Source: Vicugna vicugna (Eukaryota). From it: a stretch of DNA of 64,000 nt. This document shows, piece after piece, positions 52,701-64,000 of the stretch. Positions within the stretch are counted from its first letter, which is position 1, and each line of letters begins with the position of its first letter. Location: positions 436,001 through 500,000 of the forward strand of contig MU058153.1 of assembly GCA_013265495.1 (NCBI GenBank), written 5' to 3'. A program made the position numbers and the translations under genes. The notes beneath the pieces are model-generated. The model had not been told where the DNA came from, ran no database searches, and worked only from the letters and a program-made list of their open reading frames with translations.

Positions 52701-54119
52701 GCCCACCCTTCTCCAGGGTGCTTCTGTGTTTTTAAGACCCAGGGCACTTAACACATGAATGGCCCTTTCCTTTTGTAACAAACTGAGCTCACAGCTGGGA
52801 AGTCAGCTACTGAGAATCTTTAAAGGAAGCCGGAAAGATCACCCAGTAAGTTGATGAGCAGAAAGGAGCTCTTGGAGCTCGGGCCCTGGAGGTGGGTGAG
52901 CACCCAGCTGATTACACTTGGGGTTTTGACTGCTGAGTCATTACAACAGCCTGGGGCTGTGTGTTAGCTCCGCGGACCGCTGGTGTTGGGGCTGATGCTA
53001 ACAGGCAGTAGCATCAGCCTGCAGCAGCCGGCGCCGGCTCTCGGATGAAGGAGATGCCCCCTCTGATGACAGATGCGTTTGTGTTGTTTCGTATTGTTCT
53101 TCATTGCTTAAAAACAACCTCTCAGGGTCCCCAACAAGTTACAAGCGAAAAGATAGATTCATTGGAGTGCGAATAGGACAGGGGCTTTGCAGTTGCCTAA
53201 ATCAGTTCACTCAATTACCTGTATCACCATTCGGGGCCACTCAGTAATCACGGCTAAGATGGGGAGAGTGGAGGCTGGGGTGAGAATCAGAAGAAGGAAA
53301 ACCCTGGCCTAAGAAACAGAAGGTGTCAGTCAAGCGTTGGCCGTGCTGCTTACTGGTCTCAGAACCCTGATTTCCTTCTGTATAGTTTGGAAAAATGCAT
53401 TCTTAACCCATAGTGTTGTCCTGAGGATTGTGATGGAATATTGCAAAATAAAATGATCTGTAATTACACATTGCTATGGATATGTAAGGTACTGTAGTAA
53501 TGACAACTTCATATAATGTTCAAGACTCTACAAAATAATGTCACCAGTATAATTTTAAATTAAGTTGATGAAGCAGAACTGGTCTTTTCTTTATGATGGT
53601 GATCAATATTTGCATCGTTAGAATTTGGGTGTTCTTCATGTGTGTTGACTGTACCTCTTCTCAGTAATTTCTGTGGTATATTCCTAGTCACTCTGGGGTT
53701 TGTGCGTGTGCGTGTGTGTGTGTGTGTTCACATGTACGTGAGTGCAAGTGCAAGCAATTGACCATTCTGTAAGGGGAATAATTTTTGATTCCTAAAAAAC
53801 AGAAAATGAGGGATAACTTGAATCCATTGGCATTGAGTATCCAGAATACGCAAGAAATACTTGAACCCTCCATCCTGCCTGTTCTGTGGGAATATACAGC
53901 TTCTTACAAAGTTTGTGGGCTGCAGAAAACTCTAGTCTGCAATGACGCCTTTGACTAGAATTTGAGTTAAACATAGAAACTGTGTTGATAGGGTATTTAT
54001 TTGTAATAATAGCGCAGGTCTTGATGATGGTTACACTGAGTACATTTGCGGGACAGATAGACCAGGATTAAAAGGCTGAGTTGGAGGCCATGATGGGAGG
54101 AGAATGTGGCAGTGGTGAA

Positions 54120-54300
54120 CACTAGCTTTAAAGTTGGACAGACTTGGGGTCAGATACCTAATCTCTTAGCAACTCAGCTGTCAAATCTGTAAAAGAGGGA
54201 CAGTGAGTCATTCAGAGGGCATTTGTGATGAATGAATAAATGATTGTATTTAGAGCCCTTGGTAAAACCCTTGACACGAAATTGGAATTCTACAGGTCAT
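54120..54300 (+). mobile_element. MIR SINE (decayed)
   Basis: actagctttaaagttggacagacttggggtcagatacct...atctgtaaaagaggg. Confidence 0.5.
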
Positions 54301-55399
54301 TCATATATAAACTCGCTCTCCTCTTTGTCTGGCTTAAGAATTAGGAAGAACACGCGAATCCAGTGTATTGATGTAACTGATACAGGTGGGCCGAAGCCCC
54401 CAACATAACCTGAGAGCTAAGTAAAACTGGACAGAGAAAGCTACATTTCTGTACAGTAGCTCATTCCATAAACCATGGTTTCACCAGATTCTTTCTCGGA
54501 GCAACCAGCATGCCCTTTCAGGATGTCACTTCACTTGTGCTTACAACTTCTGAAATGATACTGAATGTAAGTAGCGAGAATCATGTGCACCCAGCCGTGT
54601 GTGGTTGCAGAAACACAGTTCAGATGTCAGCAAGTGGTGTTAACATTGCTCTTCATCTAGCATCTCGTTTTGTTCCCAGTCAATGAAACGACGCATATTT
54701 ATTAAACACCTACCAGTTTCAAGCAGTGCGCTCATTGCAGGGGGGAGTGGAAGGGCTCTCCTGCTCCCGTCTCTTTGCTGCAGTTCCTGCATTTGGCCGG
54801 GCCATACTGCAGTCATCAAGGCTGCCTGCTAGAATTTGGACAGGATAGTTCAACAGAATTAAGTTTCCTCTGCCGGAGCCTGACCCATGCAGGGCTGTGT
54901 CGTTGTGTGTGACCTTTATTTAGTTCAAGAATGTATTACGAAAGATGTAAAAATCCTTGTTCCTGTTGGTGTAGCTGAGCTGAGCTGTCGGTGATGAGCC
55001 TAGTTCTGCTTTGCTACCTCTGCACGGCCGGTACCGCTTGACCCAGGTACTTCCGTTCTGCAAAGTCAGCCTTTGTCTGTGCACGATGGGAGCAGGGTTT
55101 CGTCCTTCAGATTGTGGCTTCTCTCCTCAGAGTGAATGGGTGAAGTCTATTTTATGGCTTACTGAGAAGGAAGACGGCATCCATACTTCCTGCATTTTCA
55201 GGCCCCGTTCCTTACAGTCCAGATCTCATAGACTGAGAAAGAGAAGAGAGATGTCAGTTGGTCACAACAACAAACACCAGTTCACTGGCCTCTACCTCAG
55301 CCTCCAGCACGGCTAAGGTACGGACTGAACTAAGGCGGTGTCCTGCTCAGCATACTGCAGGTTGTTGCCAGCACACAGCGGTATGAAAATACAATAAAT

Positions 55400-55540
55400 T
55401 ATAATAAATTCTGCCATGTGTTCAACAAGTACATTCTATGTACCGGGCACTGTGCTTCGTGGGTTAGATTATTTACTTCTCAAAAAAGTCCGTAAGATGA
55501 TATTATTATTCTTACATTACAGATGAGGCAAAAAGTGAGT
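55400..55540 (-). mobile_element. MIR SINE
   Basis: ctatgtaccgggcactgtgct...attattattcttacattacagatgagg. Confidence 0.6.
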
Positions 55541-58500
55541 CATTTCTTTACCCCCAGTACTGGTTCACTTCAAAGCTCTCGTGTTTTCTTCTATCCCATG
55601 TTTTGTTGTTCAGGCTGCAAGGCCAATGCTTCTTCGCATAAATCCCTGAATATAGATAGTCGAGAGCAAGCGTTCTCTAAATGCAAATCAAATAATCTTG
55701 CTCCCATAACAAGACTCCGTCTTAGTGGAAAGATGTGGTCTCAGTGTCCCTGAGGGACCTCTGAAGGGGTGTCTCCCTGAACCAGTGAGTCTCTGATGGA
55801 GTGCATTATCAGTGTCACATTTTCGTGGCCTCTGGAAGCATGCACAGTTGGAGGTAGCTCTCCGTTAAACTTTGACTGTTACCAAAATCTTACTGGAATA
55901 TCTGATGGCGTGTGGAGCAATTGTGGTGGTGTGAAAGTCCTGCAGTTACAGGACAAGGAGCAAAGTAAAGAAATGAATGTCTCCTAGGCAACATTATATA
56001 AATAATAAGTAGCACTGGGCTGTATTTTTGGAAGGCACTTTATGAGAAGTATCTCTCAAAATGTTTATCTGCTCATTAGTTATGTAACTTTTTGCAGATT
56101 ACTTTTGTGCCCACATTTCCTTATCTTGCCTATCACGGTTGTTATAAAAAGACTAAGAAAAATAAAACTTATGAAGAACCTAGAACAGAGACTGGAATTT
56201 AGTCACTGCCCAGTAAAAGATGTCTCACAATGACAATAGTTACATTTGTTCATTTATAATGATAATAACTAGTACTGGCAGTACTGATTATGATAATAAT
56301 TTAGCAATTTCAGTTTGCACGAAACCTTCTTGTACTCCGTGGTGCCTGAGGTTGCACAAATTGTCACCTCACATGAATGAACAGAAAACTGAATTTCTGT
56401 GTCTGTCTGGCCATCCAAATATGAAAGAGAGGAGGAAAATTGTCTTTCAGCAGTACTGATGTCAGTGGGGAACATGTTGATGGAAAAAGAGTGATTTGGT
56501 ATAGAGCATTCAAGAAGACTAGAGAAACAAAGAGGACCAAGTGAGAATTTCATGAGCTGGGGAATTCCTCCTGGAGCCAGGTCCTAAAATTCTGTGAGCT
56601 TGGGAATCCAGCTCAATGCTTGGCTGTAAACAGGAGAAAGGGTCACATTTTGGAAGCTTTCTTGATAAAAAGAAGAGGTAACCACCTTCCTTTGACTTTG
56701 TACTGACAAAGAGAAAAGGAAATTTCAACTCTACCTTTTCTCTCATCCCTGCAAAATTTCTCCAGCTTTTATATTTAATGTAGATATCTCAGTGATTTTT
56801 TTTTTCAGTTTCTGGTGTTTTAGCTGTTGCTTTTTGAATGTATATGAACAAAAATATCAGCATGTTAAATGTTTGATGGTAAACTATTCCACCAGGGGAG
56901 ATTTAAGTCCTTTATGATGGCGCTGTTCATTTTCATGTTCATGTTATAGGTAACATGTCACAGAAGCAAGGACCAAGTAAGCACGATGGTTCACGATATA
57001 CTTCTTTTAAAAAGTATGATTTGAATGAAAACCTTTGACCATATATACCTGGCACCTAATGGATACTCAATATGGAACACATGTTTCAGTACAGAAAAGT
57101 TTTCTGTACAAATTGAGACAAATATTTGGATAGCAGAGTAAAAAATGTGTGAAGAGCAAGCATCGTGAACAATCGCTTTAATAAAGGCAAACTCTTTCCC
57201 GAAAACCAGCAAATGATGAACAACACAAACAATGGATGGATTTGCTAATTTCTTTTCCTGTCAGTATGTACAGTGACAATAAACACAATATGAATTCCCC
57301 CAGGATACAACTCCACTCACCCTCTTCGAAAGGAAAGCCATGTTTATATGTGACTTTTGCTCCAGAACTTTCATCTGCCAAGAAACCTGGATGAGTACCC
57401 ATTGAACATTTTATTAATCACCCTGTTCTGATTCCAGTGCCCAGAGTAAGAGCACACACGAGTGCAGGCTTACGTTTTTCTGTGTCTCCTGACGGCAGAT
57501 GTTTTCATGAACTGCCGTCTCTTGCTCACACGTGGCTGAGTTCTTCCTGTGTTTACCTGGTCGACGCCGCCTCCATTCTCCCTGTTCTCTTCCTTGACCC
57601 GCCTTGTCTTACTGCCCTGGTTCTCCTGGCTGCGTCTCTGCCACTGCCAGTTTGATTTTCATTTCTCCCTTCACTTACAGGCACTGGTGCACTCTTTCCA
57701 AGCTTTGACTAAGTGGAATTTCCGTTCTCCCTAGCTGGTATACGTTTTTCTCCTAAGAGTCATTTGACTTGGGGGAAAATACACAGACGCACACACCTAC
57801 AGACACAGGTACATATGTACCGGAAATGTATACATACATAGTATATACACATGTGTATATAAATGTCTACTCCTGAATCTAAAAACTGTGTTGTGAATCT
57901 AGGACAAGATCTCGTTTGCATCAGTAAATCAGAGTTCTCAGTGAATGCTTTCGTGAGTAACCTGTCCTTTGCTGCTGTGGTGCCATTTCTTCAATCTGTG
58001 GTCAATGAACACCTACTAAGTTTATATTATATTCCAGTTACAGTGTGGAAGACAGAGTTGTACCCAATGTGATTTTTTTTCCCTTCAAACCAGGAGTGTG
58101 GTGGGTAAGAATTGAGATAGGGGCTGGGCCCTGTGAGAGGCCTTGAAAAAAATCACAAAATTAACACAATAGTGATCATGAACTTAATACTACAGTATTC
58201 TAGGTGATATGCTAGGACTTCACAGTTGTGGAAGGGGAGTACCATTACTTTCAAAACACGGATGACGAAATCGAGCCTCAGACAATCTGTGATTTGTCCA
58301 GGGAAGTGAGTCATTACCTGCAGGGCGTGTTGTCTGTCCAGGCACATCTGGCTGCAGAGCCTGGGTACCTCGATGGCTCCCGTTCTGGACTCAGTCCTGC
58401 CAAACACTCAAAGCCATACGCTGTGTTTTCTGTTGTCCCTAATTTTAATTTGTTCTGTGTCTTTTGGGTGAAAATTTTTTTTGTGTTTTGTTTTGTTTTG

Positions 58501-59949
58501 CTGTAGCATTTTTTACCTTAAGTAATTTTCCTGGACTCCTTTCTTTTGCTATCAGCAATCACCGTTACGAGAGCTTGAAAGCAAAGGCACAAAGACTCAT
58601 CCCTCTAGTGTCCTCGCTTTCTCTTCCTCATCACAATCTGAATATGTCCCTTTTCTGTTTTCTGGAAGGGGAGCAAGTGCTTTATGCAGATGGTCGGTTG
58701 GGCAGACAGATGGTCCAAACCTCTCTAATGGTATATTCTAGAGGGAAGCCTGTCTGTGAACTGCCCGCTCAGAATGGAAAGACACTTAACACGACCACAA
58801 AGAGTTCCTAGAAAGGCTGCTCTGTGCCCTTCTGGTCTTCAGCCCACTTCTTTCATTTGGAGTTCTTGGAGATTTGAGAGACACATTTTCTGCCATAAGT
58901 AGGTGGCAGTTTCTCTTTCTCTCAAGCCAGAGGGCTGATAGTTCCCCAACAATAAATTCAGAAATTTGCCAGGTACTTTGATTAGAGGTCATTTTTTTCT
59001 TGACTCAGGGACTGGATCCAAGATGAGAATCCAGGAGAAGCAAAATGGAGACTATTTGAAGATGGTCTGCTCTAATTCTGACCACATCATCTACTTAAAG
59101 AAGCAACAGAGGTTTCTGCCCATCAAGAGGAAGCCACTCAATCCAGTTGATTCTATAGTCGTTACTGTCCATCTCTGGAGGGGACAGTCCAGTCACCGGC
59201 CAGGCTGCTCTTTTAAAAATGCCTTGACTCTGTTCCCTGATGAGAACAGAGCTATGAGATTCAGAAACAGAAAAGGGGCCAATTTCCTCTTCCCATCAGG
59301 GCCTGAGGACGGTTCTAGAAAAACCTACCCTCCTCAGTATCTATTTTACTCACTTGTACCACCTTGCAGAGTGGTAGGTGACGTTAGGATCCGGAATATA
59401 ATGAGATCTTTCCTGTTCCTGTCATCTTTACCCCCTTGCCTTCCTACCAAGTAGAGGACACAGGAGATGCCAAAAAGTCAGTGTCAGGCAACAGCTCCGT
59501 CTCTGACATTTACTCAGACTGTCTTTGCATGTGCTAGCTTGCAAGGACTTCTGATTTCCTGTTTCCTTCTCTCTGGCTTTTTATACCTTTAGCGCCATCC
59601 TCTACTCCAAGTTTTCCATCGAGCTCAGGCCACCTTCTTCTTTGGTGACACCTTCGATTGCTTTCAAGCCTGCACCCTTTGTTCTAATCTCAGGTCTGCA
59701 CAATTACACAGATTTAAGTCACTGAGGGATTCAGATTAGAGGCATTGCCTCTGCGAGCTCCTGCCTTGTAGGACTGAGTTGTGATACTGAGCTCTTCAGC
59801 CGTCTTGCCAGGAGTGAGGGGCAGGAACTGCCTTTCATAATAACCCCAAGTCTTCCCAACCAGCAACCCTACTTGATATATTTGTCTCATTTCTCTGTCA
59901 TTTGATGAAAACATCTTTAAACACAGTGTTCCTGTCTGCAAAATTTGGA

Positions 59950-60110
59950 TCATGATAACAGCTAGCGTTTATTTAGCATTAATTATATGTTTAGAACTTT
60001 ATATTCATTATCAAAAATGTGATCACCTGAAAAAAAAGATGAGGTAGCTATCATACTAACGTTAAAGGTGAGGATATTTAACCTCAGAGAGGTTAAGTAA
60101 ATGGCCAGGA
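59950..60110 (-). mobile_element. MIR SINE
   Basis: ataacagctagcgtttatttagcat...ctcagagaggttaagtaa. Confidence 0.55.
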
Positions 60111-61829
60111 CCCCAGAGCAGAGGCCTGGCTGCGCCAGGTACCTATGCTGGGAAATATTATGGGATTCTGCCTTCTAAGTTATTTAAGAAACATGTACTT
60201 TCCCTCCCAGGGGAATACCTGGGATTGTGTTTGGTTGTGTAAGGAAAAGCTCTGTAAACTTTAAAGCTCTATGCAAATGTTAATTGTTGCTATGTTCTAT
60301 CCTAAGATTATTTATGGATGACACTGCATATATTTATGCAGCTCAGTATAACAAATGGCTGATTAAGGAGCAATCATTTCTCAATTTTAAAGCAGAAATT
60401 TTGTGGATGCTTATGAAATAGAGCTCTGAAAACAGATGTGTGTGGCAGCCTGGTTGGTGTGTCTGTTGAAATACAGTAGAACCTGACTAAATTACACTAA
60501 CGAGTCGGAGGCCCATTACAAATTACCACCTCTGCCCAGTTAGTGCAGGAGTAACACAGAGACGACTAAGGAAGCAAACTGATACAAAGGGAAGATAAAA
60601 CTTCAGGTAAACTTTACCACACACACGCACGCACAACCACACTTCCCTCTACTGTAGGTAAAGTTGCTGCCATTAGCATGAAATATACACATATCTGTGC
60701 AATATGGATCTGTGTGTACATAGGAATTGCCCAGTTTCTGTCTCTCTCTCTCTCTCTCTCTGAGTCTCAGTTTCTCTCTTAGAGGAGAAAGTAATCAGTG
60801 GCAGTTCACTGTTTTATGGTTCCAGGTAAACTGCTTTATGTTGTTACTGTATCAGAATGTTATGATGCAGTTGGAACATTATGATACAGTAGATTGTAGT
60901 GCTACATTTAGTTAAATTTTATTACACACTTTGAGGGATGTCCTACCATCCTGAGTACTTCAGTAGGTATTGTCACTTTGGAATCTTGTCAGTTACAGTA
61001 CTTTTATCTATGAAGTTTTTCCTAGAAGTCTGTCTTTATCTCTTCTCAGGGAGCAGGGCCCTTGCTTCCTATCTTCTCTCAAAAAACTTACTTTGGGGAC
61101 AAAAATAAAAGGCAAGTTATTTACCAACTTCCTTGTAATTCTAAAAACCTCACCCTTTTAGAGCTCAAAGAACAATACACAAATTAAATAATTAAGTATA
61201 TTATTTTTCACAGGGTTTTAACAGTTTCAATGTAAGACTTAGGGGAATTTATAATTAGAAACCAGGCAATGACTAGTTATATATTTCATTTATTTGTACC
61301 AGTTACTGACAGCAACAGAGATAAACTTAGATCTTGTTTAATTTTTAGTATAAACACATGTAAGTCATATGACTGTTATGTTTAATTTACAGATGAAGAA
61401 ACTGAGGCTTAGCTCAAGTGTCTTGCAAATGCTAATACAGCTAATGATTGTCAGAGCTGGGATTTGAGAAAACGCATACCCTGTTTCAGTGGAACTTACA
61501 GTTTACCAAACATACAGTCACATTCAGAGCAAGTTTATGCTAAAATTATGGCTTTGAAGCCCAGATCAGCTTAATTAACATGACAGCCTACTCTAATCAC
61601 CTTTTTTTCTCTCTGCTTCTAAACCCTTTGCTGGGCCCTGATCAGATTCTCACTGCGTTGCCATTTTTCTTTAGTTTTAGTTCTGTGGCTTCGGAATTCC
61701 TTTGCACTTTACTCTGTGCCTAATGACTTGACTTGTTACATTTAAAATTGGCAGTCTTTGTGCTTACAGTCTAGCAAAAATGTGCTCGTTGCCTCTTTGG
61801 TAAGGACACAGGCCACACTTGTCCTCAGT

Positions 61830-62372
61830 TTTCTGTGCCAAAGAGAAAAATCCAGCCACAAATTCCATGTACCCTGGTATGTGCATGCTTTTGTCAGGTG
61901 ACTCCCAGCAAGAAGCAGGGTCTATCTTCTCACTTTTCGAGTCTGGATGGCCTTGTGTCTTGCTTTGCTCGAATGTGGGAGAAATGCCATTGTGTAAGTA
62001 AACTATAAGGACAGGCTATAGAAAGCCTATAGCTTCATTTTCTTCCCTTGGGGAGCTGCCCTGAGACTGCTGTGAGAGACAGCACATCTAGCCTAGTGGA
62101 GGTCACACAGAGGAAAACTGACCTGCCCCCTCCCTCCTTTCTCCTCCTGTCACGTCACCGAAAGCCAGCTCCAGCTGCTGGACACGTGGATCAGTCCACA
62201 CTGGGCCTCCCAGCTCAGTCTGTTCTCTAGCTAAATGTAGCTGCGTGAGTGAGTTAAGGTGGAAGGAGTAAAGGAACTGCCCATCCAATACAGAGAACAG
62301 TTAGATACAAGAAATCTTTAAGTCTCTATGTCTTGGGATGATTTACTACACAGCCACAGTTAACTGGAACAC
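61830..62372 (+). mobile_element. MLT1 (MaLR) LTR
   Basis: cagcaagaagcagggtctatcttctcacttttcgagtctggatggccttgtg...tttaagtctctatgtcttgggatgatttactacacagc...taactggaaca. Confidence 0.65.
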
Positions 62373-62734
62373 GGAATAGGCTCGCCTATTGTACAAGTGT
62401 CTTTCAGTCCCTGAGATTTCAGTTGGGTGTAGGCGTGGGTTTGTGAGTTTCTCAAGTTGTTTTTCTGTGTTTTCTTGAGAAAGAGTAACCTGGTACAGTG
62501 AAGATAGAGTGCTTATATAAACATTCGAGACGTTACGAATCAGCTGCTTGGCATTCCTTCAGCTTCATTTTTAATGTTGTTTTTGAGTCATTATTTATGT
62601 ATTCAACAAATAAATACTTAGAACCTACTACGTGGCAGACACTGAACTCAGTATAAGTAATGTCATCTTCATTCTGAGAAGCTTCAACATAGAAAGGAAA
62701 TGAATTTCCCTGAAACATCTAGGGTGTTAAGTTT

Positions 62735-62810
62735 TACACACACACTTTCTCTCTCACCTTCTCTCTCTCCAACACTCACTCTGTCTCACACACCACACAC
62801 ACACACACAG
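62735..62810. repeat. Compound (CA)/(CT) microsatellite
   Basis: Directly visible. Confidence 0.8.
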
Positions 62811-62939
62811 GTACTCATTCATACTCCTATTTGTGGATTTCTTCTTCCTGTTATTGGAAGGAATAAAAGTTACCCTCTTTGTACCATATTATGAAATAAT
62901 AATTTGTTTGCATGTTTTATTTATATATGTTCAAATTTA

Positions 62940-63060
62940 ATTTTCCTTAAGCCTTTGAGAAAGGCATTATTTTTCCATTTTACAGATGGGAATACTGAGG
63001 GTTAAGAGACTAAGAATTGGGTTCAACGTCATGCACTAGATGGAGAACTCAGAATTGACA
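62940..63060 (-). mobile_element. MIR SINE
   Basis: ccattttacagatgggaatactgagggttaagagactaag. Confidence 0.7.
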
Positions 63061-64000
63061 CGTGGGTTGTCTTTCTTCCCCTCCTGGGACCTTCCCCCTG
63101 CACTGGACATCCTAGCTCGAAGCAGGACTAGGAGGCCAGCCCCGCTGCCTTGATTTCATCTTTCATGGCCTTTTGTTTTTCTTTTCTATTTTTTCCCTTT
63201 GTCCCTCTGTCACTCCCTTTTAACCTTAGCCCTTCCCTTAACTGACTGATAGTTGAAATTCTTCTTTACTCTACTGAGCCTTTTTTTCTAGAATAGAAAG
63301 AACATTTTTCTCTAGATATTGAAAACCACTTGTCTCCTGAGAGGCAAGCTTGCCTCAGACTGACCCTTGTGTGGTGGCGTGGGTCTTGATTTGCTTTTAT
63401 GGTCCAATTTATTCAGAATTAAAGTGTCAGGAGAGTAAAGTCTGGGGAGAATAAATTTTCTTGTTAACGCCTCATGAGTTATTTCTTGGGAGATAGGCAG
63501 TGTTTCCTTTGTTCAGCATCTTCTTGGAACTTGTGAAAAAGAAGATAAAATGAACTGAAGGTTACATGTTAAATCTTACTTTCTACTAATCCTGAGGTGT
63601 AGCTTACTGGTAGATCTAAGGGATAAGGGATGGAAGTTAAGTCAGACTCCTTGCCTCATACCTACAACATGTCCCAATTTAATTTTCTTCCTTGTATTAC
63701 TAGATGATTTTTTCTCCTCCAGAATCTCATTACCTTGTTTGATTTTTTACTCAGGCTTATATAACCAATGTCTTTTTCCATAGACCATTTGGTAAATGCA
63801 GCCCGACTGGTAAACACTCACTGATACCTGTAACCCAGAAGATAACAGGGCTTATCTTCAACTTTACAGCAGTCCTGGTTCGATGGCTAATCTACTGGAT
63901 GATGGAGGGACCACTTTATAAAGGCTTTTCGCATTGTCGCTCCTCTTTTACTTTCTTCAAAGCCACCGCGCTCTATAGTTCTTGGCTTGCCTTTGAAAAT

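Noticed and set aside
58966..59454. 162-aa ORF, the longest in the track
   Set aside because: Non-ATG start, no recognisable homology and no convincing splice sites; probably intronic chance.
1..64000. CRISPR arrays, rRNA or true tRNA genes
   Set aside because: No repeat-spacer array or rRNA sequence seen; the only tRNA-like sequence is the SINE head at ~9.5 kb.

Overview
Repeat-rich, CpG-poor mammalian DNA, probably camelid (a tRNA-derived SINE at ~9.5 kb and the young L1 3' ends look camelid). I can support no intact host protein-coding exon; the short ORFs in the track are mostly chance or LINE-1 ORF2 remnants. A CpG-enriched promoter with a probable non-coding first exon (donor AAG|GTAAGT at 49782/49783) starts an unidentified + strand gene whose first intron probably fills the rest of the window. 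The standout is positions 1 to ~4670: a purine-rich, decayed multi-ORF tract almost free of repeats. Translated by hand across stops and frameshifts, it reads as the C-terminal half of a chuvirus-type glycoprotein, then a negative-strand RNA virus nucleoprotein, then a third unknown coding unit. That would be a multi-gene endogenous Jingchuvirales-like element in a placental mammal. The call rests on motif patterns recalled from memory and needs profile-HMM or structure confirmation. Repeat subfamily names are by-eye calls with approximate edges.
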